A stretch of 64,000 nucleotides of DNA from Octopus bimaculoides (GCF_001194135.2 NC_068987.1:78231122-78295121); one strand, 5' to 3'. Positions 1 through 13,683 are shown, numbered from the stretch's first letter. The notes: generated by a model from the sequence alone, not told the origin. Program-made: numbers and translations.

Positions 1-107
1 TATTCTTCAGTAGTTTTATTTTTATAACGTGCTTTCACTTCACTACCGAGCGCAGCTCTGTGCGCCTTGGGTATGTGCTGTGGTTTGCTGTGGTGTTCTT
101 ATGTTTA
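1..107 (-). mobile_element. 3' UTR fragment of an R4/Dong-like non-LTR retrotransposon (same family as 41003-41190), running into an N gap
   Basis: The reverse complement matches 41090-41188 closely (cagcaaaccacagcacatacccaagg...gctgcgctcggtagtgaagtgaaagcacgttataaaaataaaactactgaa). (ATT)n lies on the far side of the gap. Confidence 0.7.
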
Positions 108-1069
108 NNNNNNNNNNNNNNNNNNNNNNNNNNNNNNNNNNNNNNNNNNNNNNNNNNNNNNNNNNNNNNNNNNNNNNNNNNNNNNNNNNNNNNNNNNNNN
201 NNNNNNNNNNNNNNNNNNNNNNNNNNNNNNNNNNNNNNNNNNNNNNNNNNNNNNNNNNNNNNNNNNNNNNNNNNNNNNNNNNNNNNNNNNNNNNNNNNNN
301 NNNNNNNNNNNNNNNNNNNNNNNNNNNNNNNNNNNNNNNNNNNNNNNNNNNNNNNNNNNNNNNNNNNNNNNNNNNNNNNNNNNNNNNNNNNNNNNNNNNN
401 NNNNNNNNNNNNNNNNNNNNNNNNNNNNNNNNNNNNNNNNNNNNNNNNNNNNNNNNNNNNNNNNNNNNNNNNNNNNNNNNNNNNNNNNNNNNNNNNNNNN
501 NNNNNNNNNNNNNNNNNNNNNNNNNNNNNNNNNNNNNNNNNNNNNNNNNNNNNNNNNNNNNNNNNNNNNNNNNNNNNNNNNNNNNNNNNNNNNNNNNNNN
601 NNNNNNNNNNNNNNNNNNNNNNNNNNNNNNNNNNNNNNNNNNNNNNNNNNNNNNNNNNNNNNNNNNNNNNNNNNNNNNNNNNNNNNNNNNNNNNNNNNNN
701 NNNNNNNNNNNNNNNNNNNNNNNNNNNNNNNNNNNNNNNNNNNNNNNNNNNNNNNNNNNNNNNNNNNNNNNNNNNNNNNNNNNNNNNNNNNNNNNNNNNN
801 NNNNNNNNNNNNNNNNNNNNNNNNNNNNNNNNNNNNNNNNNNNNNNNNNNNNNNNNNNNNNNNNNNNNNNNNNNNNNNNNNNNNNNNNNNNNNNNNNNNN
901 NNNNNNNNNNNNNNNNNNNNNNNNNNNNNNNNNNNNNNNNNNNNNNNNNNNNNNNNNNNNNNNNNNNNNNNNNNNNNNNNNNNNNNNNNNNNNNNNNNNN
1001 NNNNNNNNNNNNNNNNNNNNNNNNNNNNNNNNNNNNNNNNNNNNNNNNNNNNNNNNNNNNNNNNNNNNN

Positions 1070-1163
<94 letters not shown>
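1070..1163. repeat. (ATT)n microsatellite
   Basis: Pure att repeat directly after the N gap. Confidence 0.95.
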
Positions 1164-1375
1164 GAGGCAGCGAGCTGGCAGAATTGTCAGCACGCTGGAC
1201 GAAATGCTTACTGGTATTTCTCCCGTTGCTACGTTCTGAGTTCAAATTCCGCTGAGGCTGACTTTTTCCTTCATCCTTTCGGGGTCGATAAAATAAGTAG
1301 CTGCGAAACACTGGGGTTGATGTAATCGACTTAATCCCCTCCCCTAAGCTGCCCTTGTGGCAAACATTTAAATTT
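1164..1375 (+). mobile_element. tRNA-derived SINE, family A
   Basis: A-box-like tggcagaattgtcag, B-box gagttcaaattcc, then catcctttcggggtcgataaaataagta and gatgtaatcgact. More than 12 related copies in the window. Confidence 0.85.
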
Positions 1376-1422
1376 ATTATTATTATCATTATTATTATCA
1401 TTATTATTATCATTATTATTAC

Positions 1423-1627
1423 GAGGAGCTGGCTGAATCGTTAGAAAATATTTAGTGGCATTCCTTCCGGAGTTTTGCGTTCTGAGTTCAGATATTACCG
1501 AGGTTGAATTTACTTACCATTTATCCTTTCGGAGTTGACAAAATAAGTACCACTCATGTTCTCGAGTCAATGTAATCGATTAAATCCCATCTCCCTGAAA
1601 TTTGTGACCAATGCCTATGGTAGAAAG
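1423..1627 (+). mobile_element. SINE family A, degenerate
   Basis: ggagctggctgaatcgttag...gttctgagttcagat...atcctttcggagttgacaaaataagtacc aligns to the other A copies. Confidence 0.7.
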
Positions 1628-1667
1628 ACCTCACATCATTATTATTTTGTGAGGCTATATATATATA

Positions 1668-1710
<43 letters not shown>

Positions 1711-2267
1711 NNNNNNNNNNNNNNNNNNNNNNNNNNNNNNNNNNNNNNNNNNNNNNNNNNNNNNNNNNNNNNNNNNNNNNNNNNNNNNNNNNNNNNNNNN
1801 NNNNNNNNNNNNNNNNNNNNNNNNNNNNNNNNNNNNNNNNNNNNNNNNNNNNNNNNNNNNNNNNNNNNNNNNNNNNNNNNNNNNNNNNNNNNNNNNNNNN
1901 NNNNNNNNNNNNNNNNNNNNNNNNNNNNNNNNNNNNNNNNNNNNNNNNNNNNNNNNNNNNNNNNNNNNNNNNNNNNNNNNNNNNNNNNNNNNTATATATA
2001 TATATATATATTATTGCCAATTCGATTGAAAGCAGTACCTGACACGTACTGATTTCATAGATCTCAGTCGTTTGAAATGAGAAGTCAAACGCGGCGGAGC
2101 CAAACTCAAAATACAAAGAAATTTATCCAAGCACTGCAAGGCATTTGTGCATTAATAACATAGTTCTTACATTCTACCACTATCAGCCGGCGTTAAAATA
2201 TTGCTTGCCAACAAAAGCACAAGACCAATCATTTTGAGGCAAGATAACAGACAATATTATCGATACA

Positions 2268-2460
2268 GTTCTATATTTAAGAGATGAGGAATTACGTACA
2301 TTATTTACATTATTTACATTCGACGGATACTTCTCCTCATCTTTGTTATTAACACAACGTTTCAGCTGATATACCCTCCACAGCCTTCATCAGGTGTCTC
2401 GTGGGAAATTTCGAACCTGAGCTCTCATTCCTAAGGTATTTTTCGACGTTGTTATTATTA
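2268..2460 (-). mobile_element. SINE family E 3' part (no tRNA head) carrying a minimal hammerhead motif
   Basis: Near-identical to 40740-40880 (cattatttaca...cctcatct...aacacaacgtttc.gctgatataccctcca...ttcatcaggtgtc...ctcattcctaaggtatttttcga). Confidence 0.8.
2351..2398 (-). ncRNA. Minimal type I hammerhead ribozyme motif (dimer type)
   Basis: Minus strand reads GACAC-CUGAUGA-A-GGCUG-loop-CAGCU-GAAAC-GUU-GUGUU: 5-bp helix I, 5-bp helix II with a G-U closing pair, and a loopless palindromic ACGU helix III. Confidence 0.65.
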
Positions 2461-2765
2461 TCGATCGCTGCATGAAACCCTGATAACTGGTACTTTACTT
2501 AATCGAAGGATAAACTCAACACGGAAGGATAAAAAGCAAAATGAACCTATAATGTTACTTTAAATTCTCCGAATTTAAAGGAACATTATATAACGCAATG
2601 AAGCATTTTCTACTGACGTAAGGACAGAAATTTTGATTGACGTGACTGGTTTTCATCTTTTCTTTCGCAGAAGGATAAAAGGGACTAGTAGTGCAATAAT
2701 GGTGATGTTACATACGCAGTAGTATTAAATTAATACATACTTTTACCAAACGATGATAATAATCG

Positions 2766-2985
2766 TTCCTGTTATAGCTAAAAGGCCTGAAATTTGGTAT
2801 GAGGGGACTAGTCGTTTACATCGACCCCATTGTTTTACTGGTACCTAATTTATAGACTCTGAAAGGATGAAAAGCAAAGTCGACCTCGGCGGAATTTGAA
2901 CCCAGAACGTAAAGTGGTACGAAATGCCGCTAAGCATTTTGTAAACTTTGCTGGGGTGTTAAAGATTCTACTAGCTCATCGCCTT
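2766..2985 (-). mobile_element. SINE family A
   Basis: aaaggatgaaaagcaaagtcgacctcggcggaatttgaacccagaacgt...gaaatgccgctaagcattt is the reverse complement of the family A body. Confidence 0.85.
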
Positions 2986-3904
2986 TCAAACGATTATAAT
3001 AATGAATATGATTAACATTCAGGCTATAAACACAATCAGGTATCCTATTTAGGATTTTGTTTTTAATTTAATAACTATACCTATCTATTTATCTATCTCT
3101 CCCTATANNNNNNNNNNNNNNNNNNNNNNNNNNNNNNNNNNNNNNNNNNNNNNNNNNNNNNNNNNNNNNNNNNNNNNNNNNNNNNNNNNNNNNNNNNNNN
3201 NNNNNNNNNNNNNNNNNNNNNNNNNNNNNNNNNNNNNNNNNNNNNNNNNNNNNNNNNNNNNNNNNNNNNNNNNNNNNNNNNNNNNNNNNNNNNNNNNNNN
3301 NNNNNNNNNNNNNNNNNNNNNNNNNNNNNNNNNNNNNNNNNNNNNNNNNNNNNNNNNNNNNNNNNNNNNNNNNNNNNNNNNNNNNNNNNNNNNNNNNNNN
3401 NNNNNNNNNNNNNNNNNNNNNNNNNNNNNNNNNNNNNNNNNNNNNNNNNNNNNNNNNNNNNNNNNNNNNNNNNNNNNNNNNNNNNNNNNNNNNNNNNNNN
3501 NNNNNNNNNNNNNNNNNNNNNNNNNNNNNNNNNNNNNNNNNNNNNNNNNNNNNNNNNNNNNNNNNNNNNNNNNNNNNNNNNNNNNNNNNNNNNNNNNNNN
3601 NNNNNNNNNNNNNNNNNNNNNNNNNNNNNNNNNNNNNNNNNNNNNNNNNNNNNNNNNNNNNNNNNNNNNNNNNNNNNNNNNNNNNNNNNNNNNNNNNNNN
3701 NNNNNNNNNNNNNNNNNNNNNNNNNNNNNNNNNNNNNNNNNNNNNNNNNNNNNNNNNNNNNNNNNNNNNNNNNNNNNNNNNNNNNNNNNNNNNNNNNNNN
3801 NNNNNNNNNNNNNNNNNNNNNNNNNNNNNNNNNNNNNNNNNNNNNNNNNNNNNNNNNNNNNNNNNNNNNNNNNNNNNNNNNNNNNNNNATATATATATAT
3901 ATAT

Positions 3905-4000
3905 ACATGCCGGGCTTTCAGTTTCTGTGTAGCAAATCCACTCACAAGGTTTTAGTTGACCCGAGAAGCAACATTCTTACCACACAACCACACCTGCACC
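3905..4000 (-). mobile_element. SINE family B, partial 5' half
   Basis: ctttcagtttctgtgtagcaaatccactcacaaggttttagttgacccg matches the reverse complement of other B copies, with an internal deletion. Confidence 0.6.
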
Positions 4001-4358
4001 TGTGTACATTTTATTTATCTTTATCCCTGTGATTCTGGTTTCCGATGCTTGCATGGCTAGTAAAGCCGGAGTTTGAATACATAAGGCTGGTTGCATGTAC
4101 TCCAAATACAGATCCAAATAAAAACGAATGAAAGAGAGTCAAAAATATTGAAATCCAAGCGAAAGTTATCCGTTACGAAACTTGATGTAGAAATATCGTA
4201 GTAAGGACATAAAACGAGATGTCTTTTCCACTTTTAATAATGGTATATGAAAAGTGATAAAGACAACTGATTTTGTTTTCAATCTAAATTAATGATTTTG
4301 GTACCCTAGGACACTTAATAACTCCTGATGTATTCTCATTTCCTCTCTCTGTTTCCGT

Positions 4359-4360
<2 letters not shown>

Positions 4361-4420
<60 letters not shown>
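4361..4420. repeat. (ATCT)n microsatellite
   Basis: Direct tandem repeat. Confidence 0.95.
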
Positions 4421-4422
<2 letters not shown>

Positions 4423-4567
4423 ATACTATATATTTAAGCTCTCAAATACACACACACATATGTATGAATGCATATATTGCATATATGTGTGATTATGTGT
4501 ATGTATGTTTACGTAGATTCGGTTATCTCTCCCTTTCCCCCCACTCTTTCTTACACCTCTCTCTTCC

Positions 4568-4616
<49 letters not shown>

Positions 4617-5341
4617 GTCGTACTGGAATTTGTGTTCCGTTTCAAATTAATATAATGATATGCACTATTATATTAGTATACGATAAAATATAATGAATAA
4701 TATATATATATATATATATATATACGCACATACATATATGTATGTATATGTATGTATGTGTGTACAAATATATATATACAATAAGTAATGCATATCATAA
4801 TGTAAGTTTCAATGCGGGTATAATTGCATGTCTGCAGAAACAAAAAAATAACATTCCATGCACTAAACATTCCTCATATCTGCATTGTGTTTTACACAGC
4901 ACAATATTAGCTGCAGTATGGAACCGAAACCTGATGCATGGCGGGAAGTAATTAGCGAGAAACCTAGCCAAAGTTCAGTATCCCAATAGCATTTGTCAAT
5001 ATATTTAGGAAATCAGTATATCAAGTTAATTACAAACTTTGTTCTAACTTTTACACGACTTCTTACCAAAAGTGTTAACGAGAACAAATATATCTTTGAG
5101 CAGTCTGTGTAATTATCCACTTTATCTGTAAAAGGAAATAAGTAGAATACCCAATAAAAGACTTAAGCATGAATTCATGTTAGAAAAAAAAAAAGAGAAG
5201 GCTAAAATGAAACATAAAAATTAAAAGATTAAAAGCAAGGGAAAATATTTCATGTAAAAATCTCCACGAAACAGAAAGTAATAGAAAATGTGTATGTATA
5301 TATATATATATATGTATGTATATATACATGTATATATACAT

Positions 5342-5441
<100 letters not shown>

Positions 5442-6025
5442 CGAATGCATGGAAATGATGAAATAAGGCTCTCTGTACATAATTTAAGAAGGAGAAGAAA
5501 TACAAGAAACACAACAAAATTAGCACCTTCTAAGACAACAACAGCTACAGCAATAAATAACACAAGGAAACAAAAGACAAACAAAACATATAAATAACAA
5601 CGATGAAATATCAGTGAAAATTAAACAGTGTTGTTGTATTGCAATTGATAACAGTTTATGGGTAATTAGCTGTTTTGGAGTAATCACGCAATAAATGTTC
5701 CGCAAAAATGCATGAGCAATAATATTTAAATATAGCAGCATAGAAGAAATGTATCGTTTCTAAATAGATGAATGTTGTTAGTTCATTAACATAGTATCTA
5801 AAACATAGTATCCTAAACAAAAAGAAAAGTCTATAAAGGCTTCTGTATGGATATGTGTATATATGCATGTAGGTGTAAAAAGCTGTATAGTTGTGTGCAT
5901 GATAAAATGGAAAATTATTCTTTCTGGTTTGTATATATATAATATATTCCTACATACACGCAGGCACATACAAGTAGGCAGACACACATACATAAACACA
6001 CACATGCACACACACACATTCTCTC

Positions 6026-6111
<86 letters not shown>

Positions 6112-7007
6112 CGTGTATGTATATATATATACACGTAGAAAGAAAGCAAGATAGAGAGAGGGAGAGATAGAGAAAGCTTGAGATAGAGGTGTGCATAAAA
6201 TATACATACACATGTACAATGTAACTGTATACATGAAGCGAGTGTGAGTGTGTGAGTGTGTGTGTGTATGTGTGTGTAGGTCATTCCTAAATTAAATGTT
6301 CGATATCCGTGTGAGAATGTGAGCTTGTTGAAACGTTTGTCTCTATAAAAGTATCAACTGTGCATCTGGATTTCGGAATTACTGAGTTATAGGGCGTGTT
6401 GCTTTTTACGTGGTGTCATTTACATATACATATATCTATGTATGTACATACGTACATACATTAATATATACATGCATGCATACATACATACACACATTCC
6501 TTCCCCTATATATACATATATGTATACGCACGCATAAGTATGCAAACATATTTGTATACATACATATATACAACACACACACACACAAATACTCACACAC
6601 ACGCGCGCGCGATCACAAATTATAGAAGAAAAACACAAAGAATGGAGAATTATACATTCTTTAATTCTCCCTTACGTTCGATTCAGCTCGCTTGACGTTT
6701 CAAAATTCAACGATGTTGTAATCATGCATATTTATCTCTTCCATATTTGTTCAATTAACATTCTACGGAGACTGAGAAATTTAACACCATCCTATCCTTA
6801 TCAAAGCCCTTATACTGCATCAATTTGGCGTTTGAAGTTTGGATTTGCAAATTTGACAGACACCGTAAATCAACTTTAATCCCGACGTGGATTGCGATAG
6901 CTTTCAAGGCACAATTTTGTTATAATTAGGCAAGTTTGATCCTTACGGAGTGCTTAAAATGTATTCAGATGGAGCTTTAATCTGTTTTTATAACTTGTAT
7001 ATTCTTT

Positions 7008-7215
7008 TGTTCTTTTATTTATTTCAGCAATTTCACTGCGGCCATGCTGGAACACCGCCTTTAGTCGAACAAATCGACCCCAAGATTTAGTCCTCGTAAG
7101 CCTAGCACTTATTCTATCGGTTTATTCTGCCAAACCGCTAAGTTATGGGGGCATAAACACGCCAACATCAATCGTCAAGCGATGGTGGGGGAACAAACAC
7201 AGGCACACAAATACA
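7008..7215 (-). mobile_element. SINE family B, 3' half
   Basis: ctgcggccatgctggaacaccgcctttagtcgaacaaatcgacccc...ttattctatcggt...ccgctaagttatgggg matches the reverse complement of 56720-56908. Confidence 0.8.
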
Positions 7216-8068
7216 TACTTACATTCATATATATACCCCTTAATCTTGAAATCAATTGATATGTAATTGAACCGGTTCATGAATCTGTTTCGTTTATTTA
7301 CACGAGTACGGCGCGTGTTATTTTTATGGTGATATGTTAAGTAGTTTTTAAACATTGACGTCTTCTTCGCATGCTGGCGAATTGTATACGTACTTGTTTG
7401 CCTTTGATACAGATTTATAAATAGATTAATTTTACTATAACCGGCGGTTGATTGCATGCAAACTACCTGATAAAATCAAACGTAGATTTAGGATAAAACG
7501 TAGATTTTATCCTGAAATTTTAACATATATACACGTGTATATATATATATATNNNNNNNNNNNNNNNNNNNNNNNNNNNNNNNNNNNNNNNNNNNNNNNN
7601 NNNNNNNNNNNNNNNNNNNNNNNNNNNNNNNNNNNNNNNNNNNNNNNNNNNNNNNNNNNNNNNNNNNNNNNNNNNNNNNNNNNNNNNNNNNNNNNNNNNN
7701 NNNNNNNNNNNNNNNNNNNNNNNNNNNNNNNNNNNNNNNNNNNNNNNNNNNNNNNNNNNNNNNNNNNNNNNNNNNNNNNNNNNNNNNNNNNNNNNNNNNN
7801 NNNNNNNNNNNNNNNNNNNNNNNNNNNNNNNNNNNNNNNNNNNNNNNNNNNNNNNNNNNNNNNNNNNNNNNNNNNNNNNNNNNNNNNNNNNNNNNNNNNN
7901 NNNNNNNNNNNNNNNNNNNNNNNNNNNNNNNNNNNNNNNNNNNNNNNNNNNNNNNNNNNNNNNNNNNNNNNNNNNNNNNNNNNNNNNNNNNNNNNNNNNN
8001 NNNNNNNNNNNNNNNNNNNNNNNNNNNNNNNNNNNNNNNNNNNNNNNNNNNNNNNNNNNNNNNNNNNN

Positions 8069-8128
<60 letters not shown>

Positions 8129-8157
8129 CATACATGCATATATATATATTATCTTAT

Positions 8158-8418
8158 TCTTTTACTTCTTTCAGTCATCTAACTGCGGCTATGCTAGAGC
8201 ACCACCTTGAAGTGTTTTTTTGTCGGACAAGTCGACACTGTGACTTATTTTTAGGCCTAGTACTTATTCTATCGATTTCTTTGCTGAACCGCTAATTATC
8301 CACTCACAATAACTTGGTTGGTCCAGGGCTATGGTGGAAGACGGTTGTTCAAGTTGTCACACGGAGGGATTGAACCCGGACCTATGTGGTTGGGAAGCAA
8401 ACTTCTTGTAACACAAGC
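8158..8418 (-). mobile_element. SINE family B with internal deletion
   Basis: The tail (ctgcggctatgctagagcaccacc) is joined to the 5' part (gaacccggacctatgtggttgggaagcaaacttctt) without the internal microsatellite. Confidence 0.7.
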
Positions 8419-8574
8419 CTAAAGAGAGAGAAAGAGAGAGAGAGAGATAGTGGGGGAAGAGAGAGAACGGAAGAGAGAGAGAAGGGGAAGAGAGAGAGAA
8501 GGGGAAGTGAGATAGGTAGAGGGGCAAGAGTTAGAAAGAGAGGGAAGAGTGAGTGAGAGGGGGTAGAGTGAGAT

Positions 8575-8641
<67 letters not shown>

Positions 8642-8983
8642 ACGTTTAAACGCTTCTGAATATTTATGAAAATATGTTAGCAGAAGGTTGCATATCTCAG
8701 CATATAATAAGGCATAAACTTAGACACTACAAAATCACAAACATTCACATACACATACGTATATACATACATGCGCCTATGTGTGTGTATGCATGTGAGT
8801 GTGTGTGTGTGTATGTGCGTGTATGTGCGGGCATAGAATCATGTGGCTACATTATTAATACGTACGTATTATAATTAATATCATTATTAATACGTATGTA
8901 CTGCATGGATAGATGTGCAATTAACTACCTCCATATACTTGATTGTAATGCATAAATCTTAGTTTTCTTTATCTTACTCTCTC

Positions 8984-9029
<46 letters not shown>

Positions 9030-9135
9030 ACAAACACAAATGCACGCACACGCACACACATACAGACATACACACGCATGCCCATATGTGTGTGTATGTG
9101 TGCATGTATATGCATATACACGCACACCTTTGTAC

Positions 9136-9239
9136 ATAGATATGTATATATATATAGATATGTATATAGATATGTACATAGATATGTATATATATATAGA
9201 TATGTATATAGATATGTACATAGATATGTATATATATAG
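9136..9239. repeat. Higher-order minisatellite (about 42-bp unit built from tagatatgta sub-units)
   Basis: catagatatgtatatatatatagatatgtatatagatatgta repeated about 2.5 times. Confidence 0.8.
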
Positions 9240-9458
9240 CAATATAGAGAGAGAGAGAGAGAGAGAGAGAGGGAAAGAGAGAGAGAGAGAGAAAGAGAGA
9301 GAGAATAAGAGAGAATGATAGTTTTATATGCACATGCAAACAGACTTCTCTCTCGGTACATATCTAAATAGATATTGATATTTATACATACATACACACA
9401 TACATACATATATATATATAGATAGATAAATAGATAGACAGATATAGATACACACACG

Positions 9459-9508
<50 letters not shown>

Positions 9509-9637
9509 GAGAGAGAGGGAGAGGAAGAGACAGAGATAGAGATAGAGATAGATGGATAGATGTATATATGAATGTATATATATATATCTTCATGTATGTG
9601 CATAATGTATATATATATATGCGTTTATATATATATG

Positions 9638-9680
<43 letters not shown>

Positions 9681-9768
9681 NNNNNNNNNNNNNNNNNNNN
9701 NNNNNNNNNNNNNNNNNNNNNNNNNNNNNNNNNNNNNNNNNNNNNNNNNNNNNNNNNNNNNNNNNNNN

Positions 9769-9820
<52 letters not shown>

Positions 9821-10593
9821 AGTGGTAGGTTTGCCTCGATCCTTCAGGGGTAGTCTGGCTCCATTCTCCAAGTAAATATATATATATATATATATATATG
9901 CGTGCATGCATGCACATATTTTTGTAATGCGTATAAGGAAAAGTTTGAAAAACTTCAACGAATCAAAGTTTCCAATTCTATTAATGCCATGTTAAAGCTA
10001 CTTTGATATAACTAAAACGACTCCTGCCACTGCTTCTATTGTTGCTGTTACTGCTGAAGGAAATGAAGTTGATGTAGATTTGCATCTGCTAAAACTGATG
10101 CTAGATGGCTAATTGCTAGAATCGTTAGTATATCAGATAAATTGCCTCGAGGTGTTTGTTCCAGTTGCGTGGTTCCTGAGATCGAATCACGTGGATATCA
10201 ACTATACTTTTCATACTTACAAGACCGATAAATAAATTGCCTTAAGATCAGTTATATCATTTTAGTGAGGGAACACTAAAATACTCCTTTTCTCTCAGTT
10301 TCTGTATCACGTCGGTGCACCGGTTCTCGTCGAATCCCCGAAGTAAAGGAACGTCGAACCTAGTTAGTACAGAGATAGATGACCACTTGAGCAACCTAGA
10401 TGCTGTATGCATCACTTGTTTACTCAAAGCGGTGTTCTAGCATGTTCACAGTCCAATGAAACAAGTTAAAAACATATATCAGTGAGAAGCTAGCAGCTCT
10501 TCCCATAGAAATCTATCTGAAGTTCTATTGAAATCCTCCAAAATCAGTTCTGATGGGTTGTTTGGCACAGGACAAGTTAAAGAAGAATCTTGA

Positions 10594-10930
10594 TCTTTTA
10601 CTTGTTTTAATCATTAGACTGCGGCCTTGTTGGAGCACAGCCTAAAAGAATTTTTAGTCGAAAAAAATCAAGCCCTGTACTTATTTTTTAAGCCTGGTAC
10701 CTATTCTATCGGTCACTTTTGCAGGCCCACTAAATTACAAGGGTATAAACATACATACATATGTATATACGGCAGACTTCTTTCAGTTTCCGTCTACCAA
10801 ATTCACTTACAAGGGTTTGATCGGCCCGAGGCTACAGTAAAAGACACTTGCCAAATGTGTCACATAGTGGGACTGAACTCAGAACCATATGATTCGGAAG
10901 CAAACTTCTTAACACATTCCCACACCTGTA
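10594..10930 (-). mobile_element. SINE family B
   Basis: ctgcggccttgttggagcacagcc...tttcagtttccgtctaccaaattcacttacaagg...ggcccgaggctacagtaaaagacacttgcc. Confidence 0.8.
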
Positions 10931-13542
10931 ATTTATTTTATTGAATTTATCATATTACATGTTGACGTAACTTCTTTGACTAGCTTATTATTATTGATTT
11001 GAATGACAACTTATGTGGAGAATCGGCAGATTGCCAGACTGAAAGCCTCGCGGATTTTTTTCTGTCATTTTAAGCTTTGAGTTTAAATACTACCGAGGTT
11101 AAACTTTACCTTTCATCATTTGGGGATTGAGAAAGTAGCGTACTTTTGAGATACTAGGGATAAATACACCACTAACTCATACGTCCGAATTTTCTGGTCT
11201 TATGCCTTTGTTAAACATTATTATCATTTTCATTGAGAAACAAGCAATGAAACAACGGACCAAATGTCTTGGAGGATTTAGTTAGGTCTGTTAAAATTCT
11301 GAATCAGAATTTTGCGACATATTTGGAAATATGTAACAATTTGTCTGTGTAAGTGACTAACTGAGCTGAAACCTAATACGAACGGTCTGCTGTCCACTTG
11401 CTATTCCTCATCAAACTATTGTTGAAGAATAACTAAAAAAAAAAAAAAAGCAAAAGATACCGTGCTATTTTGGAAAGGAATAGGGTTTTTCCACAATTCC
11501 CAGAATGACAAACTGTTGGCTAAAACACTAGCCATATCTACCAAGAAAATAAAAGGTAGACAATGCAAGCATGTCATTGAATCAATTATTTGAAACCGTT
11601 CGTTTTCCTTCAGATTCTCTTACCACTTTAATGTCTCCTCTTTTGACTGCAACATTAATAGGACTGAATAGTTGAATGCTCTTGATCTGGAGAGTGTTTG
11701 CAATCCAATCAGGGTTTTGCATTGAATAACCTTTAGTCATTTCATTTTAATATGGTTATCATCAGAGAGACAGGGTTTCTAAAACACAGTCGCTCGTAAT
11801 TCTTCATGCCAAATTCGGGATATTTAAGGCTTTTCTGTTTCAGTTTACCAAAAAGTTGGCAAGAAACAGTGAATTGCCTATCTATATATGAATTTCGATG
11901 TCTGCCTTTACAGTCTACTCCAGCGGTTTGAAAATTCGGTTTGTCGCCAGAGCTGGATAGTCTTCGCTACAAGTTTATATTGTCAATTCAATAATGCTCG
12001 GACTCACTCCATATCTGTAGAGTCTGTCTTACACCGGTAATACCTGCCTGTAGTGCTGCAAGGTGACGGATTTCTGGAAGCTATTCAAGTCTCCTAGCTA
12101 ATTGTTCTCTAGACGAGACTAGTTACTTGTTTCATGTCAATGCTAAGAGTTTCTCCCAGAATATTCTATCTCTTGCTTACGACTAATTCTCTATAGAGTG
12201 CTTCCAGTTGCAAGGCGTGCTATATTGGTCTTCTTTTTACAAAAGACGGCAGCTTCGACAAGAATATGAGCTGTGGGGGAAAGTGGAGTACAAAGGGTCA
12301 CCGCGCCTGCTAACCGTCAAAGAATCTGCGGAAGTGGCAGTCTCAGCACATATCTTTGTATCATGTCTTAGTATCAACGACAAAATATTGAGCCATCCAT
12401 GTAGAAGTTAATGGCAGCAGATGGACCGTCTGACTAATGAAATAGGTTCCCGCCAAAAGAAGTAGCATCAATCGTTCAAATCTAATAAGACATAAACAAG
12501 TATAAGTTACGACAGTTGAGCGACAATATATAGAGGTAGTGATATTTGTGTACAGCCCGTCTATACGACCTTATACACGGAATGTCGGAAGCCAAGCATT
12601 GCTATAATCTATTTCTTGTAATCCAATGCGTTACACGGTGGTTACACGAAGTATGAGGACTGTTTAAAATCCGTAGCTTTTACAGGCAAAGGAGTATAAT
12701 TTAGTGGTGTGTACCATGCTTTCGTTAGTTCTTTTAAGAGTTCATGCAGTTGCGAGCAGACATAGACATACCATCGGCGCACCCAGCGTAAACTTGAGAT
12801 ACACATAATTCTAAAATAAACTGTTGCCTATTATTACTGCCAAATTACTCCTCCTGTCTTTAATATTGTAAGCAGTTTGAAAAGTTAGCCTTTAGCGAAA
12901 CTTTTAATTAACTGTTAATTTTTTTAACAGTGTACTCTGTAGATTGTATTGAGTTCTTTGACCAGTTTGTTGTTCTTATGTGTTTATAAGTGGTGTGTGT
13001 GTGTGTGTGTGTGTGTGTGCATTATAGCTGAGATGAAAATCTTTATTTTGCAAGGTAATGTCCTGAAGCTAAATCTTATTCATTATTCTACAGTCACGCA
13101 GGATAATTATATCGCAAAAGAAAAAAAACAAAATTACCAGAATATTTTAAATATAGATTAATAGGGTGGTGGTGTTTGAAATTCACAAATTAACACTAAT
13201 CATGATAGAAATTGTTCGAAAATGGAGAAAATTGAAACAATTCAATCTGCCTTAATACAAACTCAGGGGTTAGTTCTTCAGGCAGTGTTCTTAATTTGTT
13301 TATTATCTTGAAACGCACAGTCTTTGTTTTCAAAATCTTAACCGAAATTAATTAAAATAAATACTTATTCATTTCACTTAACTTTTTGAATTTTAAGATA
13401 ATTGTCTAAATCTGTTAGCACATAATGTGCTAATATTTACAGCGTTTAATTCTAATTTGTAATGACACAGTAATTCCTACAGGCGTGTTTTATCTAATAT
13501 TACCTTGGTATTATTTTTAAGACACACGATCCAATATATGTT

Positions 13543-13598
<56 letters not shown>

Positions 13599-13639
13599 TA
13601 TACATATATACATACATATATATAAGTATATATAAATAT

Positions 13640-13683
<44 letters not shown>

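Noticed and set aside
29-1325. Long ORFs in the track here and at other gaps (e.g. 3093-3945, 7448-8182, 23321-24266, 54895-55670)
   Set aside because: They consist of X from N runs and low-complexity YI/HT/CV/ER repeats from microsatellites, so they are not genes.
4900-4947. Possible 48-nt plus-strand exon (tttacacag|...MEPKPDAWRE|gtaatt)
   Set aside because: AG/GT pairs of this quality are common by chance, the peptide is not recognisable, and no linked exons were found.
7460-7530. Short duplicated aaacgtagattt with hairpin ggataaaa/ttttatcc
   Set aside because: AT-rich, short and next to a gap; compatible with local slippage.
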